A stretch of 64,000 nt of DNA from Hyphomicrobium sp. (GCA_041659545.1 JBAZYB010000001.1:119510-183509); one strand, 5' to 3'. Shown: positions 54,047-61,578, counted from the first letter of the stretch. Notes: generated by a model from the sequence alone, not told the origin. A program made the numbers and translations.

Positions 54047-55012
54047 ATGATGCTATCGGCGTCTGTGTCTGCAATCAGGGTCTCACACATCGCGAAGAGG
54101 TTCGGGAAGCGGGATGCCCTGCGCGACATCACGTTTGATGTGGCGCCAGGCGAAGTGTTCGGACTCGTGGGTCCGAATGGGGCCGGGAAGTCTACGTTGA
54201 TCCGGATTCTGTCGACGCTGGTGCGGCCCTGCGCCGGCACGGCATTCGTCGGCCCGCATAGCGTCACTGATGCCCCGAACGCCGTAAGACGACTGCTTGG
54301 CGTAGTGCCGCAGGCGCATACCAGCGATCCTCACATGAGCGTCGAGGAAAACCTTCGTCTGTTCGCAAAGCTGTACGAGGTTCCGGCCGCGAAGCGACGG
54401 CAACGGATTCCGGAGGCGATGGAGGCGGTCGGCGTTCTAGAACATCGCTCAACTCCAGTGAAGAATCTATCGGGCGGGCTGAGAAGGCGGGTCGAGATTG
54501 CAAGGGCCTTGGTGCATGAACCAGCCGTGTTGATCCTGGACGAACCAACCTCCAGTCTTGACCCGGTGTCGAGGACCAACATCTGGTCCGTTATTAAGAC
54601 CCTTGTTAGGGATCGAGGCATGGCGTTAGTTCTGGCAACTCACTATATGGAAGAAGCCGAGAGCCTGTGCGATCGAGTTGCAATCCTCAATACTGGGCGA
54701 ATCGTTGCGCTCGACTCGCCGGGGCGGATGAAACAGGCGTTGAGGAAAAACGATGTGATCGACCTCGTGTTTGAGGAGCCGGGTCAACAACGAGATTGGG
54801 CGGCGGCACTGTCAACATTGCCCGGACTCGTGAGCATAGCCCAGGCGCCGAGCGGCGTTACGATTGAGAGCACGAATGGCTTCCGGACGCTGCAGGCTCT
54901 GTCCTGCCACGTCGAGGATCAACAGGCTCGAATCGCGTCATGCTCAATGCGTCCTATCACTCTGAATGATGTATTTGCCCACTATACGTCGAACCTCGGA
55001 GCGAAAGCCTGA
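54047..55012 (+). CDS. ABC transporter ATP-binding protein (ABC-2/DrrA-like)
   Basis: GPNGAGKST, LSGGLRRRVEIA and VLILDEPTSSLD. Confidence 0.9.
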   Translation: MMLSASVSAIRVSHIAKRFGKRDALRDITFDVAPGEVFGLVGPNGAGKSTLIRILSTLVRPCAGTAFVGPHSVTDAPNAVRRLLGVVPQAHTSDPHMSVEENLRLFAKLYEVPAAKRRQRIPEAMEAVGVLEHRSTPVKNLSGGLRRRVEIARALVHEPAVLILDEPTSSLDPVSRTNIWSVIKTLVRDRGMALVLATHYMEEAESLCDRVAILNTGRIVALDSPGRMKQALRKNDVIDLVFEEPGQQRDWAAALSTLPGLVSIAQAPSGVTIESTNGFRTLQALSCHVEDQQARIASCSMRPITLNDVFAHYTSNLGAKA

Positions 55013-55036
55013 TCGGAGAGCGCTTCTAACGCAGTA

Positions 55037-56122
55037 ATGTGGAAGACCCTTGCGATTGTCGAGCGGGAACTGTGGCGCCTTGCCCGTCGTCCCACACTGA
55101 TCGTCATGGCTCTCCTTCTGCCAGCAATCCAGTTGCTGGTTCTTGGTTACGCGGTTGGCGGTGATATCCCTGAGTTGCGGGTTGCGGTGGTTGGCGATGA
55201 TCCAGTCATACAACTTCTCGTGCCCGATTCGGCCGAGGGCAGATCCGACGCTGAGGCGCTTCGGGGGATCCGATTTCAGTCGATAGATGCAGCACGGCAA
55301 GCCCTCTTGGCCGGTGAGGTGCATGGGGTCCTGGCGATACCGCGCGATCTTCGGGCCGAAGCGGTCAGAATCGAAGTCGATAGCGCGGACAAGTTTCTCG
55401 CAGACGCGATGGTCGACCGTGTCACGTCTGCCCTGCGCCGCTACGATCTCGCGATCGCTCCCGAGTTGCTGGCACAGACGACAAACCTGAATGTGACGGA
55501 GGTGTTCGGTCAAGTTCCGTATATCCAGTACTTGCTCGCAGGGGTTGTGTCTTTAGCGGTTTTCATGATGTCGACGGTAGGGGGCGGCATTACTTTCGTG
55601 GACGACAAGGTCAGGGGCGTCCACGAGGGGTATCTCGTAACTCCAATCACGACCGTCCAGTTAGTCGGCGGCTTTGGCATCGCGGGTGTGATCAAAGCGG
55701 CGTTAGCCGGTATCTGTCTCTTGGTCATCGGCAGCGTGCTGGCTGATCTGCCCAGCATAATGGCGCTCGGCCAGTTCCTGAGACTGAGCATCGTTGTCGC
55801 GGCGACGGCTTGTGCTCTGGTCGGATTGACGTTCGTGATGATCGTGCGCGCGCAAGACCTGTTCTGGCCGAGGGCTATGTTTGCCGTGGCGAACACCGCG
55901 CTGTACTTTCCTAGCGGAGCGCTCTATCCAACCGACGCGTTCCCAGAATGGATGCGGGTGCTGTCGTATGTAAACCCCTTCTACTATTCGGTGCACGCTT
56001 TGCGCGCTGTCATGCTCAGGAGCGCAAACCTGTGGCAAGTACAGGCCGACCTGGGGGCGTTGCTCCTATTCGCTGCCGTGGCCTTCGCCATTGTCGTCTT
56101 CGCGTTTAAGCGCACCCTATGA
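55037..56122 (+). CDS. ABC-2 type transporter permease
   Basis: 361 aa. One N-terminal TM, an extracytoplasmic loop, then about 5 C-terminal TM helices. It directly follows the ATPase gene. Confidence 0.8.
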   Translation: MWKTLAIVERELWRLARRPTLIVMALLLPAIQLLVLGYAVGGDIPELRVAVVGDDPVIQLLVPDSAEGRSDAEALRGIRFQSIDAARQALLAGEVHGVLAIPRDLRAEAVRIEVDSADKFLADAMVDRVTSALRRYDLAIAPELLAQTTNLNVTEVFGQVPYIQYLLAGVVSLAVFMMSTVGGGITFVDDKVRGVHEGYLVTPITTVQLVGGFGIAGVIKAALAGICLLVIGSVLADLPSIMALGQFLRLSIVVAATACALVGLTFVMIVRAQDLFWPRAMFAVANTALYFPSGALYPTDAFPEWMRVLSYVNPFYYSVHALRAVMLRSANLWQVQADLGALLLFAAVAFAIVVFAFKRTL

Positions 56123-56152
56123 CCACTTCGTGAGCTGTGGTCCCTTGACCTC

Positions 56153-57004
56153 ATGCCGATCATGAACCCTGAGGAATTTGCGCTCGCAAGTCGGCGCGCC
56201 CATCAAGCGGACTCAGTGGTCGATGTATATGGGGTAACGGTGGGTGGGCTGAGACCCGTGGTGTGCGCCGGCCCCTGCTCTGTGGAGACACCGGAGCAGA
56301 TATTGGCATGTGCTGAAGCAGTCCGGAAATCCGGGGCACATCTGCTTCGAGCCGGAGCGTACAAACCGCGCACGTCACCCTATTCCTTCCAGGGCCTCGG
56401 CGAGAGAGGTCTCAAGCTTCTCGCCGAGGTGCGGGAGGAAACGGGCCTCGGGATCGTGACCGAGGCGGTTGATACCGACACATTCGACCTCGTCGAGGAA
56501 TATGCTGACTGCGTGCAAATCGGCGCACGAAACATGCAGAATTTCTCGCTCCTGCGCCGTGCAGGTAGATCGGTTCGCCCAATTCTTCTAAAGCGCGGGC
56601 TCTGCGCAACATTGCAAGAGTTCTTGTTAGCCGCCGAGTATGTCTTGGCTGGCGGCAATCCGCGGGTGATCCTCTGTGAACGCGGCGTGCGAACATTCGC
56701 GGATCATTCGCGTACGACACTCGACCTCAGCATCGTGCCGGCCGTGAAGAGGCTGAGTCACCTTCCAATCATCGTGGATCCGAGTCACGCTACCGGCGTT
56801 CGGGACGCGGTGCCTTCGATGTCCCTAGCGGCGATAGCTGCGGGCGCGCATGGTTTGTTGATAGAGATGCATGTGCAGCCGAATCAGGCGCTCACTGACG
56901 GCCCGCAGGCGATTTATCCGTCGCAGCTGGAACGAATCGTATCTGATACCGCTTCGATTGCAGCCATTCTTGCCCAATCCAAAGTGCCCCAACCGCTTAT
57001 TTAA
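56153..57004 (+). CDS. 3-deoxy-7-phosphoheptulonate (DAHP) synthase, type I-beta (KDO8PS-like) family
   Basis: CAGPCSVE, LRAGAYKPRTSPYSFQGLG, VQIGARNMQN, LLKRG and VDPSHATG. Confidence 0.8.
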   Translation: MPIMNPEEFALASRRAHQADSVVDVYGVTVGGLRPVVCAGPCSVETPEQILACAEAVRKSGAHLLRAGAYKPRTSPYSFQGLGERGLKLLAEVREETGLGIVTEAVDTDTFDLVEEYADCVQIGARNMQNFSLLRRAGRSVRPILLKRGLCATLQEFLLAAEYVLAGGNPRVILCERGVRTFADHSRTTLDLSIVPAVKRLSHLPIIVDPSHATGVRDAVPSMSLAAIAAGAHGLLIEMHVQPNQALTDGPQAIYPSQLERIVSDTASIAAILAQSKVPQPLI

Positions 57005-57151
57005 CTGGCTGGTGTTCGGCAGGACAACAGCTGCGAGTCAGTATGTCCAGTGCACGTTCTGCCGTACTTACTGACAGCGCGAGCGTCCAGGCTACGGGAG
57101 GGTATAGTGTCGCATCGCTTAAGCGCGTGAGTTCTTCAACCGGAGGGTGTG

Positions 57152-57361
57152 ATGTCCAAGGTTAGCAAAGAGTTGGTCGTTGGGGTATCGCGGAAGACAG
57201 GAGTCAGCGAAGCTGACGTTGAGAAAGTGCTGAATTCGCTTGGACTGAACAAGGTGCTGTCCAATGTTCAGGCGTCTGCCGGAGCAACGAAGATGTCCTC
57301 TTTGAAGGTTGGAGACCTCAAGCTGGGAGTGCGGTTGGGCCGGTCTTCGGTGTCGGTCTAG
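57152..57361 (+). CDS. Small protein (69 aa), function unknown; the only short ORF that fits in the cluster's intergenic space
   Basis: GGAGGG sits 4 nt upstream of ATG 57152. The translation is MSKVSKELVVGVSRKTGVSEADVEKVLNSLGLNKVLSNVQASAGATKMSSLKVGDLKLGVRLGRSSVSV. It ends 28 nt before the next gene. Confidence 0.5.
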   Translation: MSKVSKELVVGVSRKTGVSEADVEKVLNSLGLNKVLSNVQASAGATKMSSLKVGDLKLGVRLGRSSVSV

Positions 57362-57389
57362 GCAGGTGCACTCGTGAGAGTGCGTCTGC

Positions 57390-58670
57390 GTGAAGCAATG
57401 TGGCTTGTCCGAGTATCCAGTGACTGAGAGCGATCTGGCGATTCCCGTAGACATCACTCCCGCGATCGAGTGTTTGCCGCTACGGGAAGCGCTGTTGTCT
57501 TACAGCGAGGCTCGCACAATTCAATCCGACCCGGTGCGGTTGAGCGATTTGATTGCAACGCTCAACGAGCGGGCCCTTTACGACGTACCTGCCCTGTCCT
57601 CTTTCGCGGCAACACCGAGAACAACGAAGGAAGGCCTGCGTGATCATCAGGCGCTCTGGCTAAACAGGCTGGCTCTTGCGGATGAACTGTGGCTCAAGTA
57701 CACGACGGGTACCACGGGACCTCCTTTGCCCATTCCACAGACTGGCCTATTTCAGTTTGACCAGCTGTTTCTGGCGCCTTTGCGCGCTGCGAGACACCGC
57801 GCTCCGCACCTGAAGCCCAGCGCCACTATTCTGGCTCTCACCGACAATCCGGACTGCGAGACCGTGATTTGGCCCAACCCGTGGGGTGGGATGGTGTGCC
57901 AGTACTATTTTAGTGACGAACTAGCAGCCGCAACCGACCTGTCCCGCACGTTAGCGGAACTGGAGCCGGATCTAATAACGGCTAAACCGAGTCTCACTCA
58001 AAGGCTGGCGACCCTGTCCTTAACCGGCGAGCTGTCTGTGCCCTGTCCTATCTTGGTCAGCGGCGCCGACATCTCCGCTGTCGCAAAAACGTCTTACGAG
58101 CAGGCGCTGGGTGTCCACGTAATCGAAGCGTTCGGACTGACGGAGACCGGACTCATCGCGTCAGATTGCAGCTGCGGAGGCGGCTTGGCCATAGACAGGG
58201 ATGTCGCAATCGAGGTCTTGGACGGGGATGAGCGACCGGTCGCCATAGGCGAGTTTGGCGGTCTGATCTTGACGTCACTACGAAACAGCGTCTTGCCGAT
58301 AGTCAGGTATGCCACCGGTGACACAGTGTCCATTGGCGAAGCGTCGCCTCAGTGCAACCGGGGGCAGCACATCGTGGCGATTGGAGGCCGATTATTGCGG
58401 CCGTTCCGTGGGCGCGATGGACGACTGTTGCCGGCGGCCAGATTCCATTCGCTGTTTGCGAACTTCGAGATTACTGAGTTCCAAATGGTTCAAACGCATA
58501 TCGGTCAATTGGACGTTGTAGTGCAGGGGCGGGACGGCGTTACGCTCGATGCGCGGGCGATTGAGGGCTGGATCGTCGCCCGGTCTTCGTGTGATGTCAG
58601 AGCTCGAGTGCGGCTCGATACGGTAGATACATCCGGAAAATTTCAACGGTACGTGAGCATGATCGATTAA
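57390..58670 (+). CDS. Phenylacetate-CoA ligase / coenzyme F390 synthetase-like adenylate-forming enzyme
   Basis: LKYTTGTTGPPLPIP (P-loop of the PaaK-like subgroup), EAFGLTETG, RYATGD, and a C-terminal SGKFQRYV. The start codon is uncertain. Confidence 0.65.
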   Translation: MKQCGLSEYPVTESDLAIPVDITPAIECLPLREALLSYSEARTIQSDPVRLSDLIATLNERALYDVPALSSFAATPRTTKEGLRDHQALWLNRLALADELWLKYTTGTTGPPLPIPQTGLFQFDQLFLAPLRAARHRAPHLKPSATILALTDNPDCETVIWPNPWGGMVCQYYFSDELAAATDLSRTLAELEPDLITAKPSLTQRLATLSLTGELSVPCPILVSGADISAVAKTSYEQALGVHVIEAFGLTETGLIASDCSCGGGLAIDRDVAIEVLDGDERPVAIGEFGGLILTSLRNSVLPIVRYATGDTVSIGEASPQCNRGQHIVAIGGRLLRPFRGRDGRLLPAARFHSLFANFEITEFQMVQTHIGQLDVVVQGRDGVTLDARAIEGWIVARSSCDVRARVRLDTVDTSGKFQRYVSMID

Positions 58671-58775
58671 CAGAAGAACGGGTCACTGCCACGATGAAGC
58701 CGCGGCTGCCGTCCGCGGCTTCGCTGCGTACGGGCAAGCCCTTCAGCCCCGTTCACGAGTCGAGATCGCTGAGCG

Positions 58776-58973
58776 TCAGTTTGGACATTGTTCCGCTCTC
58801 AACGCCGCGAGGGTGCGGATCACGCCCGCGATCAACCCTAGGCACTGCGTGCAGGACGCAATGTGCTCCTCCAGCTTCGTTCGGTCCCGCCTTCCGAGCC
58901 CGCGATCGACGTACGCTGCCAGAGCCTCACAATCCGGACAGTCTTTTGCAGCCGTGGTATCGAGGCACAACAC
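58776..58973 (-). CDS. zf-HC2 anti-sigma-factor N-terminal domain protein (short or truncated, no sigma partner seen)
   Basis: CPDCEALAAYVDRGLGRRDRTKLEEHIASCTQC carries the HxxxCxxC signature. It is only 65 aa with no clear TM segment. Confidence 0.55.
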   Translation of the reverse strand: MLCLDTTAAKDCPDCEALAAYVDRGLGRRDRTKLEEHIASCTQCLGLIAGVIRTLAALRAEQCPN

Positions 58974-58985
58974 GGTGGCAGTTGC

Positions 58986-59253
58986 CTAGAGCGCTTTCAG
59001 GTCTGCAAGCGTCACGCCGAACGCAACGCCAGCATTTAAGTAAGCAACGTTGAGCACCGCACAGAGGTGATCCACGGCCACTTCAATCTCGTCGCGGGCG
59101 GATGGCGGCTCGACTTGCGTCAGCGCGGCATCCAGGGCCGTCCTGACAGCGCCCAGGTCCAAATACTTGATGGCGACGCCATCGATCTCGTTGAACAGTT
59201 GATCGTCGGACAGTGGCAGGGCGCTGCGAACAGGAATCCGAATTCTTGCGAGC
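58986..59253 (-). other. Possible 3' fragment of a gene whose 5' end was replaced by the IS21 left end
   Basis: The minus-strand ORF 58986..59462 runs into the IS21 terminal repeats. Only ...LARIRIPVRSALPLSDDQLFNEIDG...VTLADLKAL lies outside the IS. No family recognised. Confidence 0.25.
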
Positions 59254-59268
59254 TGTCCCAGTTTGCGT

Positions 59269-59424
59269 ATTCCGGTCCATCGTGAACACTCATTCCGTTT
59301 CAACGTGAACCCCGATTCCGCTGATGCTGAACAGCGATTCCGGCCATCGTGAACACCCATTCCGGTCATGGTGAACACGGATTCCGGTGATCGTGAACGG
59401 CGAATCCGGGTGATCTGAACACTC
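59269..59424. repeat. Seven tandem 21-23 bp repeats, consensus ATTCCGGTNATCGTGAACAC
   Basis: Units start at 59269, 59292, 59315, 59337, 59359, 59381 and 59404, directly upstream of istA. Confidence 0.85.
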
Positions 59425-59477
59425 ATCGGGCGTTGTGCGCGATCCTGAGGGGTTTCCCGCAAGGAGGGACCCCCTGG

Positions 59478-60139
59478 ATGGCAGCCCCACGGCTACTGAT
59501 GAGACGACTCCGCGAATTACTCCGTCTGAAATACGAGGCCGGCCTGACCCACCGGGCGATTGCCCAGGCGTGTGCCGTGGGCCTGGCACGGTGTCGGCGT
59601 ATCTGGCCCGCGCGACCGCCGGCGGGCGTGACGTGGCCGCTGCCCGCCGATCTGGACGACGCGGCCCTGGAGGCGCGGCTGTTTGCGCGCCCGGCCGACC
59701 CGGCCCGTCTCGACCGCACCGTCCCGGCGTGGCCGCACCTGCACCAAGAACTCAAACGGCCCGGGGTCACCCTGCAGCTGCTGTGGACGGAGTATCGCGG
59801 CGCGCACCCGACGGGCTACGCCTACGGCCAGTTTTGCGAGCGCCATCGCCGCTGGGCGCGAGTGCTCAAGCCGTCGATGCGCCAGGTGCATCGCGCCGAC
59901 GAGAAACTCTTTGTCGATTTCTCTGGCAAGCGGCCGGCGCTGGTCGACGCGACGACGGGCGAACTCGTCCTCGTCGAGCTCTTCGTCGGTGTGCTCGGGG
60001 CGAGCGGTCTGATCTATGCGGAGGCCACGCGGAGCCAGGACTTGGCGTCGTGGGTGGGCGCGCACGTGCGCATGGTCGAGTACTACGGCGGGAGTCCCGC
60101 GATCTGGGTGCCGGATAATTTGAAGAGCGGCGTGATGTC
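59478..60139 (+). pseudogene. istA: IS21-family transposase IstA, 3'-truncated and locally frameshifted
   Basis: MAAPRLLMRRLRELLRLKYEAGLTHRAIAQA..., WPLPADLDDAALEARLF, LLWTEYRGAHPTGYAYGQFCERHRRW and KLFVDFSGKRPALVD. The HTH segment GTVSAYLARATAGG is readable only in another frame (about 59575-59632). The DDE region is cut after VPDNLKSGV. Confidence 0.75.
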
Positions 60140-60398
60140 GGGGAACCAAGTCCTCTATCGGAATCTTCGTCTTGTGACGCGCAGTGACAGCCAGGACGGC
60201 AAGCCATTCAAACAGGGCGATGTGACTGAGGTGCTCGGCATTTTCAGCGTCCACCTCGGCAAGGCGTGGCAGATCGCTGCTCCGGCGAACGGCCAGTCAC
60301 AAGCAGTATCGGTCGCCGAGGCCCTTGAGTTCTTCGTCTTCACTCGCGCCGCGCAGAAGGCAGTCATGAACAGCAAATGTGTTCCTGAGGGTTCGTAG
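60140..60398 (+). pseudogene. Duplicate of the last 86 codons of gene 5391..6680, fused in frame to truncated istA
   Basis: GNQVLYRNLRLVTRSDSQDGKPFKQGDVTEVLGIFSVHLGKAWQIAAP...NSKCVPEGS differs from the left copy at 2 residues. Confidence 0.85.
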
Positions 60399-60580
60399 TG
60401 TGCCCCGATGAGTCCATCAAGTCAGGCGACCTTGCGGGGCTGGGTGACCATTCGGCCAAGGGATGGGCCGAGGCAGGTCCCTCTTCGTCTGCCATGGACC
60501 AGACTGTCGCCCGCTAAGTGACAAGGTTCTGGCTGAGAGGCGAGGCCACTCAGCCAACGTGCACTCCGTCGGAGTGGAAC

Positions 60581-60817
60581 TAGCGGCAGAGGATGGCAGA
60601 AGACGGAAGAAGGTGGCAGAGGATGGAAGCTATTGGCAGATGGGTGCGAAGCAGGGAGACGAGGTTCGGGCTCTTCCGATTTCTGCCGTGCTCTGCCGCC
60701 TTCTGCCAAGCACTGCTGTTTCTGCTAGTTAGCGGCGCGGCTGCTCTTCTGCGTACTGCCATGCTCTGCCGCCTGATGCCGGCAAATATTCTTGAATGAC
60801 ACTCGAAATGTCACTCG
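60581..60817. repeat. 237-bp GGCAGA/TCTGCC phased-repeat element, copy 2
   Basis: GGCAGAGGAT GGCAGAAGAC GGAAGAAGGT GGCAGAGGAT GGAAGCTATT GGCAGATGGG, then a centre, then TCTTCC/TCTGCC units at 10-nt spacing. It ends AATGACACTCGAAATGTCACTCG. Confidence 0.85.
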
Positions 60818-60870
60818 TTTCGGTCGTCTCACATGAACCCAGTTCGGCCAACAAAGCGCGATAATCTTAC

Positions 60871-61527
60871 GTGGACTTGAACGTCGCGAAAGCGATGCTC
60901 CAAACGATTCGTATTGAGCAAGAACGTCGGCTCAATAGTGATTCGAGCGACCTGGAAGCGGAACTCGCGCAATGGTCTGAGACAGATCTGCCATTTCTCA
61001 ACGAGCTGGCGTTGCTCCTCTTGGCTGCCGTGTGGCACGGAGTCGAGCGCGAGTTGATATGGCTCGCCGCAGGTCACAGGGCAGGGGGCTGCGAACTTCA
61101 CAGCAAGAGTCACAAGGCACTGATAGGAGCGCAGCAACGAGCATTTGGCAAACGCCGCCAGGAGTTTATCGCCGAGTTCGCCCTTACCGAACTGGCGCAG
61201 TGGCCAACGATCGAAATGCTGCGGCTACTTGCGAATTCGTACAAGCACGAGTCCTCACGAAGGCCGCGAACTGAACTGTTAACGCACCTTGGGCTTTGCA
61301 CTGTTGTTCAGCGCAAGCCCCTCAAGATTGTCTATGGCCCGCTCCCGGACAGCCTCCTCTTTAGGCGCGGGTTGGCGAAGTGGCTTGAATTGGACGCCGG
61401 ATGCGACTATTGCTCCATCGTTGAGGAAGTCATTCGCAGAGTCGAGCAGTTCCTCGCGGCCGCCAACGATGCTATTCCTCAGCACACCGCATTCGGCAGG
61501 GTATCGCTCAGGAGCTTTGAGGGATGA
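60871..61527 (+). CDS. Hypothetical protein
   Basis: 218-aa ORF with GTG start, helical composition, no family recognised. LRLLANSYKHE only vaguely resembles a HEPN Rx4-6H region. Confidence 0.45.
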   Translation: MDLNVAKAMLQTIRIEQERRLNSDSSDLEAELAQWSETDLPFLNELALLLLAAVWHGVERELIWLAAGHRAGGCELHSKSHKALIGAQQRAFGKRRQEFIAEFALTELAQWPTIEMLRLLANSYKHESSRRPRTELLTHLGLCTVVQRKPLKIVYGPLPDSLLFRRGLAKWLELDAGCDYCSIVEEVIRRVEQFLAAANDAIPQHTAFGRVSLRSFEG

Positions 61528-61578
61528 GACGTCAACGACCAAGCCGTCTCTGTTCAACTCGATAAAGGAAGCATAGTC

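Larger units (their letters stand above)
59254..60139 (+). mobile_element. IS21-family element, left end and 5' two-thirds of istA only (truncated at 60139)
   Basis: Candidate terminus TGTCCCAGTTTGCGT at 59254, followed by terminal multi-repeats and then the istA N-terminus. Homology stops abruptly at the junction with the direct repeat. Confidence 0.7.
60140..60817. repeat. Right copy of the long direct repeat (matches 6422..6868 plus 9293..9529, here uninterrupted)
   Basis: Manual alignment. Contains the gene-fragment duplicate, the ~180-nt conserved downstream region and the second GGCAGA element. Confidence 0.9.

Noticed and set aside
57152-57361. Considered an HU/IHF-type DNA-binding protein, because the N-terminus (SKELVVGVSRKTGVSEADVEKVLNSL) resembles HU helices 1-2.
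   Set aside because: It is too short and lacks the beta-arm and conserved Pro and Arg residues of HU/IHF. It is kept only as an unknown small protein and candidate precursor.
17319-58670. Considered a phosphonate cluster (HMGL-like synthase, B12 rSAM and PEP-utilising domains recall FrbC, PhpK and Fom3 contexts) or a membrane-lipid/hopanoid methylation locus.
   Set aside because: No PEP mutase signature (EDQ...KRCGH-type) or phosphonopyruvate decarboxylase was seen. No squalene, hopene or lipid-synthesis genes were seen either. The aminobenzoate supply genes and carrier proteins point elsewhere.
59269-59424. Possible CRISPR array (regular short repeats).
   Set aside because: The units are directly adjacent with no spacers, are only 21-23 bp, and are degenerate. 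They sit exactly at an IS21-family terminus, and no cas genes are nearby.
58986-59462. Considered an ECF sigma factor, because it lies directly upstream of the zf-HC2 anti-sigma fragment on the minus strand.
   Set aside because: No region 2 or region 4 sigma-70 motifs are visible. The N-terminal half of the ORF is just the translated IS21 terminal repeats.
60593-60799. 68-aa ORF (MAEDGRRWQRMEAIGRW...) inside the GGCAGA element.
   Set aside because: The corresponding reading frame in the other copy (from 9306) stops after about 28 codons. The two copies differ by indels. The periodicity is at the DNA level (10 nt), not the codon level.
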